Source: a bacterium (lineage in GTDB: Bacteria > Patescibacteriota > Minisyncoccia > Phycocordibacterales > JAUSHB01). From it: a stretch of DNA of 60,898 bases. The stretch is from positions 1-60,898 of the forward strand of contig JAUSHB010000004.1 of NCBI GenBank assembly GCA_030648955.1, read 5' to 3'. This document shows positions 1-11,704 of the stretch, in pieces. Made by a program: the position numbers and the translations under genes. The notes beneath the pieces are model-generated. The model searched no databases. It worked only from the letters and a program-made list of their open reading frames with translations, and was not told the origin of the DNA. Numbering within the stretch: the stretch's first letter is position 1; every line of letters starts with the position of its first letter.

Positions 1-1
1 A

Positions 2-982
2 CTTTTTGAATCTCAAGTGTCCGCCTTGCGGTCGTTCAAGCTTCTCTCTGTCGAATTGGAGAATCCCCTGATGAGGAAAAAACTTTCTGAAATTGGAGAT
101 GACCTCCAGAGCGGAATGTCGATATCACAGGCGCTCAATAAGCATCCGAGCGTGTTCTCCGGTTTTTATGTGAACATGGTTCGCTCCGGAGAGGAGTCGG
201 GAAAATTGAGCGAAACATTTGCATATCTCGCCGACTATCTCGAGCGGACCTACGAACTAACCTCAAAGGTCCGCGGAGCATTGGCGTACCCGGCATTCGT
301 GTTCATGGTCTTTATTGTGATCATGGTTCTTCTGATGACTAAGATCGTGCCACAACTAGCCGATATGCTTAAGGCAGGAGGCCAAGAGCTTCCTGTGTAT
401 ACAAAAATTATTATAGGCATAAGCGATTTCATGGTAAACTACGGATTATTTTTTCTCGTAGTGCTTATTATGGCAGGAGTGGCAGTGTGGCGATATAGCA
501 AAGCGGGGGTCATTTCATTTTCCGCGATCAAATTAAAGCTCCCGCTCTTCGGTGATCTTTTTAGGAAAATTTACCTCGCGCGTATTTCAGACAATATGTA
601 CACCATGCTTTCAAGCGGGATCCCGATGATCAAATCGATAGAGATCAGCGCGAACGTCGTTGGAAACGACATATACAAAAAAATCCTTGAAGACGCCGCG
701 GACGCGATCAAAACAGGGAACACGATGTCGTCCGCGCTGGTGGGGTATAAAGAAATCCCGGCAATTATGATCCAGATGATCAAGGTGGGTGAGGAGACGG
801 GGCAAGTCGCGAATATTCTCCAAAAACTTGCGAAATTCTATCGCCGCGAGGTGGACACATCGGTTGAAACGCTTATTAGTCTTATTGAGCCAATATTGAT
901 GGTATTTTTGGGTCTTGGTGTCGGGATTGTCCTTGCCGCGGTCCTTATCCCGATCTACGACATCGCGGGAGGGATAAATTAG
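2..982 (+). CDS. pilC: Type IV pilus/T2SS inner-membrane platform protein PilC/GspF (5' partial)
   Basis: GESGKL and GEETG motifs, two T2SSF repeats, C-terminal EP(I)LMV...AVLIPIY; frame open to window start. Confidence 0.93.
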   Translation, partial: LFESQVSALRSFKLLSVELENPLMRKKLSEIGDDLQSGMSISQALNKHPSVFSGFYVNMVRSGEESGKLSETFAYLADYLERTYELTSKVRGALAYPAFVFMVFIVIMVLLMTKIVPQLADMLKAGGQELPVYTKIIIGISDFMVNYGLFFLVVLIMAGVAVWRYSKAGVISFSAIKLKLPLFGDLFRKIYLARISDNMYTMLSSGIPMIKSIEISANVVGNDIYKKILEDAADAIKTGNTMSSALVGYKEIPAIMIQMIKVGEETGQVANILQKLAKFYRREVDTSVETLISLIEPILMVFLGLGVGIVLAAVLIPIYDIAGGIN

Positions 983-1042
983 CTTCTAGCTTCCAGAGCT
1001 TCAGTAGCTTCAAAAGGTTTTAAATCAAGAAGCTTATAAGCC

Positions 1043-1101
1043 AAAGGTCCGACCCTGCCTACCGGCAGGCAGGCCTTAAGGCTCCCAAGGTCGGACCCTT
1101 G
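1043..1101. repeat. REP-like palindrome pair with nested CCTGCCTACCGGCAGGCAGG element
   Basis: aaaggtccgac-[cctgcctaccggcaggcagg, 1054-1073]-ccttaag followed by caaggtcggacccttg (1086-1101). Confidence 0.7.
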
Positions 1102-1292
1102 TAAATTACACGTTTTACGACCCTCACTTATCCACACCCGCTATTTCCTTGATTTTTTGATGATATATAATTACTACAGCCTAGAAACAAGCGCTTTCGT
1201 GTTATCTTTTGGTCGAATTTTCCTCTAAGCACGATAAGCGCAATAAGGTTGGTTATATATTATTAAAGTTTATTATTTAGAATAAGAAACAA

Positions 1293-1778
1293 ATGAAAAA
1301 ACGAGGTTTTACATTGATCGAACTTTTGGTCGTTATCGCCATTATTGGTATTCTCGCGTCAGTTGTGTTGGCATCGCTCAACACCGCGCGAACAAAAGGT
1401 TCAGACGCTGCAGGAAAAGCTCAAATGTCCGGGGCTCGTGCTCAAGCGGAACTTTTCTACGACAGTAATGGTAATAGCTATGATGGGGGTACTGCGGCGA
1501 CAAATGTCTGTGATCCTGCTGGTTTAGCTGGCGGTGTAAGTGGAGTCAACGCACTTGTTTTAGCAGCTGCAAAGAACGCGCTTAGCACCGCTGTTGTTGG
1601 TGTTGACGATACTGTTACCACAGTACCTGCGACTGCTTCTTGTAACGCGACTGCTAATGCATATGCCGCCGAAGTTGCCTTAAAGGGCGGCTCTTTCTTT
1701 TGTGTAGATTCTACAGGGAAAGGGCAGGTTAATGCCGCTGCTGGTCTCGACAACACAGCAACCGACGTTAGTTGTTAA
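1293..1778 (+). CDS. Type IV major pilin
   Basis: MKKRG|FTLIELLVVIAIIGILA class III signal peptide; C-terminal FCVDSTG with Cys pairs. Confidence 0.92.
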   Translation: MKKRGFTLIELLVVIAIIGILASVVLASLNTARTKGSDAAGKAQMSGARAQAELFYDSNGNSYDGGTAATNVCDPAGLAGGVSGVNALVLAAAKNALSTAVVGVDDTVTTVPATASCNATANAYAAEVALKGGSFFCVDSTGKGQVNAAAGLDNTATDVSC

Positions 1779-1800
1779 TCTAGTAATTTTCAAATTCCAC

Positions 1801-1828
1801 AAAAAACCACCCGAGCGGGTGGTTTTTT
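1801..1828 (+). terminator. Intrinsic terminator
   Basis: aaaaaaccacccg-ag-cgggtggtttttt after pilin stop. Confidence 0.85.
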
Positions 1829-1830
1829 GA

Positions 1831-1904
1831 TGGGGCACAAAGGACTTTCCTTTGTAAACCCTAATTATGGGGCACAAAGGACTTTCCTTTGTAAACCCTA
1901 ATTA
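1831..1904. repeat. 37-bp perfect tandem duplication containing REP-like hairpin
   Basis: tggggcacaaaggactttcctttgtaaaccctaatta at 1831-1867 and 1868-1904; core acaaaggactttcctttg recurs at 2841-2858. Confidence 0.9.
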
Positions 1905-1954
1905 TTAAAATCGAATTCTGGTTGGATCCAATCTCGCAGGGATAAGGGGGTCAG

Positions 1955-2686
1955 ATAAGGGGGTCAGGTACCCTTTTCTTTTGGTTCTGATATACTAAAT
2001 TCATGCCTCGCATCACTCGTACCGACATTGGCAATCATTGTTATCATGTCATAAATCGTGCCAACGCTCGACTCCCAATTTTCTTTACAGAAAAGGATTA
2101 CATTTTGTTCGAGAATGTTTTAGAAGAAGCTCAAGAAAAGTTTTCTATGAGAATTCTCGCGTATTGCCTTATGCCAAATCATTTTCACCTCGTACTGTAC
2201 CCAAGAAATGATGGTGATATGGGTAAATTCATGCAATGGCTCACACTCACTCATACGCAACGCTGGCATCAAATAAACAATACAAAGGGAACGGGGCACC
2301 TCTATCAAGGAAGGTACAAATCTTTTTTGATACAAGAAGACAACCATCTTCTTTCTGTCATTCGCTATGTGGAGCGAAATGCCCTTCGTGCAAAGCTTGT
2401 TAAAAAAGCAGAGAACTGGGGTTTCTGTAGTTTGGCGCGCAGGCTTTCAAGGGACACAAGAAAAAAGAAGCTTTTGTCAGCGTGGCCGATATCAGAACCC
2501 GAAGATTATCTTTTGTTTGTAAATACTCCGCAACCCAAAGAGGAAGAAGAAAATATTAGAGCATCTGTCGTAAGGGGGAAACCGTTGGGTACAGATACAT
2601 GGACTGTAAAAGTGATAAAAAAATTTAGACTCGAAGCTACCATCCGCTCGCCATGGAGGCCCCAAAAGGGTACCTGACCCCCTTAT
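1955..2686. mobile_element. RAYT-like element bounded by 23-bp perfect inverted repeats
   Basis: ataagggggtcaggtaccctttt (1955-1977) / aaaagggtacctgacccccttat (2664-2686) enclosing the transposase ORF. Confidence 0.8.
2003..2677 (+). CDS. REP-associated tyrosine (Y1/HUH) transposase, IS200-like TnpA/RAYT
   Basis: YHVINR, AYCLMPNHFHL (HUH), HLYQGRYKS, YVERNALRA motifs. Confidence 0.9.
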   Translation: MPRITRTDIGNHCYHVINRANARLPIFFTEKDYILFENVLEEAQEKFSMRILAYCLMPNHFHLVLYPRNDGDMGKFMQWLTLTHTQRWHQINNTKGTGHLYQGRYKSFLIQEDNHLLSVIRYVERNALRAKLVKKAENWGFCSLARRLSRDTRKKKLLSAWPISEPEDYLLFVNTPQPKEEEENIRASVVRGKPLGTDTWTVKVIKKFRLEATIRSPWRPQKGT

Positions 2687-2818
2687 TCTTATTCTTATTC
2701 CCTTATTCTGACCCCCTTATTTCCCTTATTTCTTATTTCTTATTTTTCTGACTGACCCCCTTTCTGACCCCCTTTCCCCCTTTCCTGACCTTTCCCCCCT
2801 TTCCTGACCCCCTTTCTA
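2674..2818. repeat. Degenerate array of ctgacccccttt / cccttatt motifs
   Basis: Several ctgacc(ccc) copies plus cttatt short repeats downstream of the transposase. Confidence 0.75.
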
Positions 2819-2941
2819 ATAACAAAAAACCCCCACTTCTACAAAGGACTTTCCTTTGCATTCTCTGTTTCTTTGTTGATAGAACGAACCTTGATAAAAC
2901 ATTGATAATTTAAATGGTATGAACTGTGGTATTATACATAT

Positions 2942-3766
<825 letters not shown>

Positions 3767-3806
3767 ACTATAGAGATAGGAAAAGATTTTTATTTAAAAA
3801 GTAATC

Positions 3807-4439
3807 ATGTTTTTAAAACGCAAAAAGGGGTTGTTTAAAAAAGGAGGATTTACACTCATCGAGCTTCTCGTTGTGTTTTTTATTATGGTCTCAATACTCG
3901 CAATCATTATTCCTGACTACCTATCATATTCAGATAAAAGTGATTTTGATAATTTGACACTCGATATTGCCCTAACTATACGTGAAGCGCAGAGCTATGG
4001 GATAAGCGCAAAAGAAACATTTGCGGGTTCAGGTAACTTCGACATCCCCTATGGTGTTCATTTTGATATAAATAAACCCAACGAATTTCTCTTTTTTGAA
4101 GATACCAATAAAGATTATATGTATATTGATACAGATGATACTGTTATCAGTACTTACACCGTGAAACCCGGATATGCTCTTAGTGGTTTGTGTCGCGTGA
4201 AAGATGATGGTAACTCTGATAAGTGTAAAGTCGAGTGCTTGAGCACGACATTTAGAAGACCATCTCCCAATGCGTGGATGGGTATGAGAAAAAAACAAGG
4301 AAGTAGCTGTAGTAATATTTTGGATGGTGGTGTGAGCAGGCTTCAAGATAACGTGCGCATAGAACTTACTTCTCCAAGCGGAACAACAAAGAGTATCAAC
4401 ATAACTCCTTTTGGAAGTGTTTCAGTGCCGAATAATTAA
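3807..4439 (+). CDS. Minor pilin (FimT/GspH-like)
   Basis: GG|FTLIELLVV N-terminus; PYGVHF and TKSINITPFG features. Confidence 0.85.
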   Translation: MFLKRKKGLFKKGGFTLIELLVVFFIMVSILAIIIPDYLSYSDKSDFDNLTLDIALTIREAQSYGISAKETFAGSGNFDIPYGVHFDINKPNEFLFFEDTNKDYMYIDTDDTVISTYTVKPGYALSGLCRVKDDGNSDKCKVECLSTTFRRPSPNAWMGMRKKQGSSCSNILDGGVSRLQDNVRIELTSPSGTTKSINITPFGSVSVPNN

Positions 4440-4448
4440 TGATGTATT

Positions 4449-5171
4449 TTGAAAATCGTGAAATATAACCAGAAAAAAACTTTTTTCAATAATGAACGCG
4501 AGCGGGGGTTTATCCCATACGAGAGAACGCAATTTGACACTCAATCAGTGAAAAAAAACTTCAGGAGAAAAATAACTGACTCTCGTACGGGATTTACTCT
4601 CGTTGAACTCATTGTTTCGATGTCACTGTTTATTGTTGTTGTTTTTATTACCACCTCCGCATTTCTTACCCTTGCTGACTTGAGCAAGAAAGCCAGTGCA
4701 ACCAGAATCGCCATTGATAATTTGAGCGTTGCGGTTGAAGACATGGCGCGAAAATTGAGGACGGGATACTATTATCGATGTGCGGGCGAGGATGCATACG
4801 CAGATTTGGCCATACCGCCTGTCCCGCGTGATTGTTCGTCATCCACCTCGCTTGATAATTCATCCATATCATTTCAATGGAGTGAGACAAGTGCTCTTGC
4901 TGCATATTGGTTGGTAGTGGATCCAGGTAGTGGTAGGGGGCGAATAATGTTCGGTGATGCTAGTGGTGTCGGAGGGCTCTCCTGGTCAGATTATCTGACT
5001 TCTCCCGAAATCAATATCACTAATCTTAAATTTTACGTCATAGGTGCCGAAGGAGTAGGACTGGAACAGCCCCGTGTTAATATTGTAGTGCAGGGAATTG
5101 CGGGCATGGATGTTAAAACCCAATCAAATTTCACCATCTATACATCGGTGACACAACGGTCTCCAAAATAA
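4449..5171 (+). CDS. Minor pilin (PilW-like) with elongated leader peptide
   Basis: TG|FTLVELIVSMSLF at 4590; leader contains an earlier RG-FI motif at 4506. Confidence 0.82.
   Translation: MKIVKYNQKKTFFNNERERGFIPYERTQFDTQSVKKNFRRKITDSRTGFTLVELIVSMSLFIVVVFITTSAFLTLADLSKKASATRIAIDNLSVAVEDMARKLRTGYYYRCAGEDAYADLAIPPVPRDCSSSTSLDNSSISFQWSETSALAAYWLVVDPGSGRGRIMFGDASGVGGLSWSDYLTSPEINITNLKFYVIGAEGVGLEQPRVNIVVQGIAGMDVKTQSNFTIYTSVTQRSPK
4512..4593. mobile_element. Small inverted-repeat element inside prepilin leader
   Basis: atcccatacgagag / ctctcgtacgggat (14 bp, 1 mismatch); GF codons repeated 84 nt apart. Confidence 0.65.
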
Positions 5172-5215
5172 TAGAGTGAGAGAAAATACATATATGATTT
5201 TTTTTAAATTTAAAA

Positions 5216-5773
5216 ATGAGTAAAAAGATTTACAGCAAAAAAGGATTTACTCTTGTGGAAACACTTGTTGCGATATCGATTTTGTTAATGGCTGTGGTTG
5301 CTCCACTTACCATCCTCGCTAAAAACATAAGTGCGGCATTTGATGCAAAAAACAAAGTTACTGCGCTGTATCTCGCGGAAGACGCGATTGATTTTGTAAA
5401 ATACAAAATTGCGACAAAGTTCAATGCGGGCGATCCGGGTTGGCTTGATTGGCCCCCTGCAAATCCATCGTGTCCCGGTGACGGTGATGGGGGAGGGCCA
5501 TATTGCAGAGTTGATTCTTTCGCCGACGAAATAATTTCGTGCGCTGGTTCGGATTGTGTTCTTTTATTTGATTCCACGACAGGGGTATATGGGTACGTTT
5601 CTGGTTCGGCATCCAAGTTCACAAGAACCGTCACTGTTGCAAACGCTTCGCAAGACCCTAATCCAAATACGCCGTCCTCTGATGAGGTTGTTATAACCGC
5701 AACAGTTTTGTGGCAAGATCATGGAGTGGATAAAAAAACCACTATATCAGAACATGCATTTGCGTGGAGATAG
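5216..5773 (+). CDS. Minor pilin (PilV-like)
   Basis: KG|FTLVETLVAISIL; ALYLAEDAID; KFTRTVTV. Confidence 0.85.
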   Translation: MSKKIYSKKGFTLVETLVAISILLMAVVAPLTILAKNISAAFDAKNKVTALYLAEDAIDFVKYKIATKFNAGDPGWLDWPPANPSCPGDGDGGGPYCRVDSFADEIISCAGSDCVLLFDSTTGVYGYVSGSASKFTRTVTVANASQDPNPNTPSSDEVVITATVLWQDHGVDKKTTISEHAFAWR

Positions 5774-5801
5774 TCTGAATATATGCTAAAAATACATCAA
5801 T

Positions 5802-6404
5802 ATGATCCAAGCGACACACAAAGATAATACGAAAACATCATTAAACCATGGCGGGGCGCTTATTCTCGGGCTTATGATTGCGAGCATCCTCCTTTCGGTG
5901 GGAATGGGGATTTCTAATATTGCACTGAAAGAGATAAAACTCTCATCAATTGGCAACAAATCCGGCATTGCGTTTTATATGGCTGATACAGGTATCGAGT
6001 GTGCACTGTATTGGGACTCACAATCAACAACAACCGTTGATAGGATTGATGATGGAATTGCCAATAACAGTGCGGCATATGTTTTCGCCACTTCATCTGT
6101 GTCCGGAAGTTATCCCAACCCCAATACTCACCGTATTAAATGTTTTGATGGGGTTGATATCACCGGAGGAACTGATAGTGGGAAGCCACAGTGGAGTCTT
6201 GTGTATGGTGCTGGTCCGAGTGCGACGACTACCTTCGAACTTCGCGATCCCACCAACGATACAAAACCCTGCGTAGTGGTGGCTGTCGGCAAGCGCGATA
6301 ATGGCAGTGGTGCTTTTTTTACAACCATTGATTCTCGTGGCAGGAGCTCGTGTGATTCAACTGACCTTCGCCGAGTAGAACGGGGACTTAAGGTTTTCTA
6401 CTAA
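5802..6404 (+). CDS. Minor pilin (PilX-like)
   Basis: GG|ALILGLMIASIL leader, AFYMADTGIECALYWD motif, ends ERGLKVFY. Confidence 0.8.
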   Translation: MIQATHKDNTKTSLNHGGALILGLMIASILLSVGMGISNIALKEIKLSSIGNKSGIAFYMADTGIECALYWDSQSTTTVDRIDDGIANNSAAYVFATSSVSGSYPNPNTHRIKCFDGVDITGGTDSGKPQWSLVYGAGPSATTTFELRDPTNDTKPCVVVAVGKRDNGSGAFFTTIDSRGRSSCDSTDLRRVERGLKVFY

Positions 6405-6405
6405 G

Positions 6406-6431
6406 TTTCCAAAGCCTCGCTTTGGAAATTG
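6406..6431. repeat. REP-like hairpin, identical copy at 56770-56793
   Basis: tccaaagcctcgctttggaaattg (24 bp) just after stop codons at two loci. Confidence 0.8.
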
Positions 6432-6442
6432 AAAGAATGTAT

Positions 6443-6497
6443 ATATCCCCCGCTTACCTGTTTGTGCCATAAGCACAAATAGGTAAGCGGGGGATAT
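6443..6497. repeat. 25-bp-stem inverted repeat
   Basis: atatcccccgcttacctgtttgtgc-cataa-gcacaaataggtaagcgggggatat. Confidence 0.85.
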
Positions 6498-6503
6498 TCT
6501 TGA

Positions 6504-8624
<2,121 letters not shown>

Positions 8625-8719
8625 GAAGCCATATAGACCCAACTTCAGAGTTTCCATAAACCACAAAACTCAAATTTCCCAAGCTTCTCGTGGGGCTCAA
8701 AAAGTGATAATATAGCTCC

Positions 8720-9001
8720 ATGATTGAGAAAAAAGACATCGAAAAACTCGCAACACTCTGCCGAATCGAGGTCTCGGAAGAAGAAAGGGATATTTTGTGC
8801 AAGGATATGGAATCTATTCTTGATTATGTTTCCCAGATCAAGGGAGCAGTTTCCGAAGTGCCACTCAAGGAAGGGGGCGAATTGAGGAATGTGATGAGAG
8901 GGGACAATGATCCACACCCCAAGGGAATGTACACAAAAGAAATTATGGATGAAGTTCCCGATACAGAAAATGGGTATGTGAAGGTTAAGCAGATTCTCTA
9001 A
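8720..9001 (+). CDS. gatC: Asp/Glu-tRNA amidotransferase subunit C
   Basis: IEKLATLCRIEV...ILDYV...LRNVMRGD...YVKVKQIL; directly upstream of gatA. Confidence 0.92.
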   Translation: MIEKKDIEKLATLCRIEVSEEERDILCKDMESILDYVSQIKGAVSEVPLKEGGELRNVMRGDNDPHPKGMYTKEIMDEVPDTENGYVKVKQIL

Positions 9002-9002
9002 T

Positions 9003-10454
9003 ATGAGTATTGATCTCAAAACACTCACCATAAAAAAAGCTCATGAACACCTTGCACAGGGCGATTTTTCTGCCATGGAACTTTCCGAAGCGTATCTTAA
9101 AAATATTGAAGCGCACAACAAAAATATCAATGCATATCTTGAAGTATTTAATGACATAGAAGAACAAGCCAAAGAATCACAAAAAATTATAGAATCAAAG
9201 AAAGGCGGAATATTTACGGGCATTCCCATCGCAGTGAAGGACAACATTTTAATAAAAGGAAAACGAGCAAGTTCCGCGTCAAAAATTCTTGAAGGATATA
9301 CAGCAACTTATGATGCAACGGTAATTAAAAAATTGAAAGCGGATGGCGCGGTGTTTTTAGGAAGAACGAATATGGATGAGTTTGCCATGGGGGGATCGAC
9401 CGAAAATTCTGCCTTTGGGGCAACAAAGAACCCCCTTGATATTTCTAGGGTTCCCGGCGGTTCTTCGGGCGGCTCTGCCGCCGCCGTTGCGATGGATGGC
9501 GCACTTGTAGCACTTGGTTCGGATACAGGGGGATCTATCAGACAACCCGCCTCATTTTGTGGGCTTGTCGGGCTTAAACCAACCTACGGTGCAGTTTCAA
9601 GATATGGCCTTATGGCAATGGCATCGTCGCTCGACCAAATCGGACCATTCGGAAAAACCGTTGAAGACGCGGAAATTTTGTTCAATGTGATCGGGGGGCA
9701 TGATCCGATGGACAGCACTTCTTCGCCTCGCGAGGCACGGAACAACACGGACATAACACAGAATGATCCAGGGAAAAAAATAACGATTGGAATTCCCAAA
9801 GACATTGTCGATTCACCAGGAATAGATTCGGCAGTGCTCAAAAATTTTAATGAAACAATCACAAAACTTAAGAACGTAGGATATTTGATTAAGGAAATTA
9901 CACTGCCACACATGCACTACGCGCTATCGGTGTATTACATCATCATGCCTGCGGAAGCCTCCACCAACCTCGCGCGTTTTGATGGTGTGCGCTATGGTTT
10001 ATCACAAAAAGGAGCAACACCGTTTGAGGATTATGCAAAAACCCGAGGAGAAGGGTTTGGAAGAGAAGTGCGTCGCCGAATACTTTTGGGAACCTATGTT
10101 CTCTCATCAGGATATTACGATGCATATTACAATAAAGCATGGAGTCTTCGTTCTTTAATGGGTAAGGATTTTGAACAGGCCTTTAAAGATGTCGATGTTA
10201 TTGCAACGCCAACAACTCCTACGCCTGCATTTAAGATTGGGGAGAAAAGTAATGACCCACTTGCCATGTATCTCGCGGATGTTTTCACGGTTCCCGCGAA
10301 CCTCATTGGTATTCCAGCACTATCAGTGCCTTCGGGATATGATGATCGCGATGGGAAAAAACTTCCCTTGGGACTGCAGCTCATGGCGCCTCATTTCGAA
10401 GAAGCATTACTATTCAAGATAGGGAAGGATGTTTTTGGATCTTCGGCATCATAA
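9003..10454 (+). CDS. gatA: Asp/Glu-tRNA amidotransferase subunit A
   Basis: Amidase signature GGSSGGSAAAVA, GSDTGGSIRQPA, RRRILLGTYVLSSGYYDAYY. Confidence 0.97.
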   Translation: MSIDLKTLTIKKAHEHLAQGDFSAMELSEAYLKNIEAHNKNINAYLEVFNDIEEQAKESQKIIESKKGGIFTGIPIAVKDNILIKGKRASSASKILEGYTATYDATVIKKLKADGAVFLGRTNMDEFAMGGSTENSAFGATKNPLDISRVPGGSSGGSAAAVAMDGALVALGSDTGGSIRQPASFCGLVGLKPTYGAVSRYGLMAMASSLDQIGPFGKTVEDAEILFNVIGGHDPMDSTSSPREARNNTDITQNDPGKKITIGIPKDIVDSPGIDSAVLKNFNETITKLKNVGYLIKEITLPHMHYALSVYYIIMPAEASTNLARFDGVRYGLSQKGATPFEDYAKTRGEGFGREVRRRILLGTYVLSSGYYDAYYNKAWSLRSLMGKDFEQAFKDVDVIATPTTPTPAFKIGEKSNDPLAMYLADVFTVPANLIGIPALSVPSGYDDRDGKKLPLGLQLMAPHFEEALLFKIGKDVFGSSAS

Positions 10455-10464
10455 AAGGAAATGT

Positions 10465-11136
10465 ATGGCAGAAAAAGGAACAGGAGGGAAAAACAAAGTA
10501 GGATTTGAAAATGACGCAATCGATTATGTGATTTTTTCGTTTGTCATTCTTGCTGTTATAAGTGCCACGTTTGGAATCCATGACATCAATGATGTGCCTC
10601 AGGTTCTTAAGAAAGGTTACGAGACGTATATCAAATTATCCAGTGATATGGTTGTGTCGTGGATTATTTCTTATACTGCACTCTTTAAAACAATTTCTTT
10701 TCTTATTATCATGCTTTCTGTTGCCGGCATCGTTTATATTTTTTTGCGATTACGAAGATTACAGGCGCAAGAACATGAGAAATATAAGGCTGTGGATGTT
10801 GAGGGTGAGGATGCGAAAGCGAGACAAGTTCAATGGGAAATTATTCTCAAGCATATGGCATCAGAAAATAATGCTGAATGGAAGCTGGGAATTCTTGAGG
10901 CCGATAATATCCTCGATGAACTTTTAGAAGAACGTGGATATCGCGGAGAGACTCTTGGTGATCGACTGAAGTTTGCTGAATCAAAGGGACTTAAAACGCT
11001 TAACGACGCGTGGGAGGCACACAAGGCGCGTAATAAGATTGTACACGAAGAAGCAACGTCGCCACTTAATAAACGCGATGCGCGGAAAATCATTGACCTG
11101 TATGAAAAAGTGTTTAAAGAACTAGGATATCTTTAG
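10465..11136 (+). CDS. Conserved hypothetical membrane protein
   Basis: Two TM segments, then WKLGILEADNILDELL...GETLGDRLK...AWEAHKARNKIVH. Confidence 0.75.
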   Translation: MAEKGTGGKNKVGFENDAIDYVIFSFVILAVISATFGIHDINDVPQVLKKGYETYIKLSSDMVVSWIISYTALFKTISFLIIMLSVAGIVYIFLRLRRLQAQEHEKYKAVDVEGEDAKARQVQWEIILKHMASENNAEWKLGILEADNILDELLEERGYRGETLGDRLKFAESKGLKTLNDAWEAHKARNKIVHEEATSPLNKRDARKIIDLYEKVFKELGYL

Positions 11137-11224
11137 CCTGTCTGTCGGCAGGTTGCATTACGTGTCGTGGTTGGTATATAATCTCACTATCTTAAAAACG
11201 CCTAAAAAGCGTTTTTGACATTAT

Positions 11225-11295
11225 AGCGGGGTGGAGGAGTGGTACCTCGCAAGGCTCATAACCTTGAGACACCGGTTCAAATCCGGTCCCCGCAA
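11225..11295 (+). tRNA. tRNA-fMet (CAT), initiator
   Basis: Cloverleaf; unpaired 1:72 (A:A), A11:U24, anticodon arm CAAGG-CTCATAA-CCTTG; CCA not encoded. Confidence 0.85.
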
Positions 11296-11304
11296 CAAGT
11301 TTAT

Positions 11305-11339
11305 AAAAAAGCCGTTCGCTTTAGGCGGGCGGCTTTTTT
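11305..11339 (+). terminator. Intrinsic terminator
   Basis: aaaaaagccg...cggctttttt after tRNA. Confidence 0.75.
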
Positions 11340-11379
11340 ATTGAAAAGTACGTTTAAAAATGATATTGTTTCGTGTATT

Positions 11380-11455
11380 GCCGGGGTAGCTCAGTGGTTA
11401 GAGCGGGCGTTTCATAAGCGCCAGGTCGGCAGTTCAAATCTGCCCTCCGGCACCA
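11380..11455 (+). tRNA. tRNA with CAT anticodon (elongator Met; Ile2 not excluded)
   Basis: GCCGGGG/CTCCGGC acceptor, TTCATAA loop, GTTCAAAT T-loop, CCA encoded. Confidence 0.85.
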
Positions 11456-11632
11456 TAAAATGATCTCTTATTAAATACATCTTAGGTGGTGGATATTAGT
11501 TGACTAATGTCTACTGTGAGCTATCAGGGGTATTTTGAAATTGTATGGTTTTATGTATAATCATGAAGTCCCAATATTAAATAACCTTTTTCTTGAGCGG
11601 AAGAAAAATGTATTTAGTAGATACATAAAAAT

Positions 11633-11704
11633 GCGGCTGTAGTTCAACGGTAGAACACTCGCCTGTCACGCGAGAGGTCGTGGGGTCAGCACCCATCAGC
11701 CGCG
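11633..11704 (+). tRNA. tRNA-Asp (GTC)
   Basis: GCGGCTG/CAGCCGC acceptor, CTCGC-CTGTCAC-GCGAG anticodon arm, G73; atypical T-loop GTCAGCA. Confidence 0.88.

Noticed and set aside
1127-1136. DnaA box / replication origin (ttatccaca; also 43652)
   Set aside because: Isolated single boxes with no cluster and no dnaA nearby.
1831-1904. CRISPR array (37-bp palindromic repeat)
   Set aside because: The copies are abutting with no spacer, and there are no cas genes.
2674-2818. CRISPR or DGR template repeat
   Set aside because: Irregular low-complexity units; no spacers, RT or adenine-specific variation.
9721-9770. Possible repeat-derived insert in gatA (cacgga x3)
   Set aside because: The segment length looks normal for this variable GatA loop and the repeats are too degenerate.
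8720-10454. Missing gatB as a novel feature
   Set aside because: gatB is commonly unlinked and may lie outside the window.
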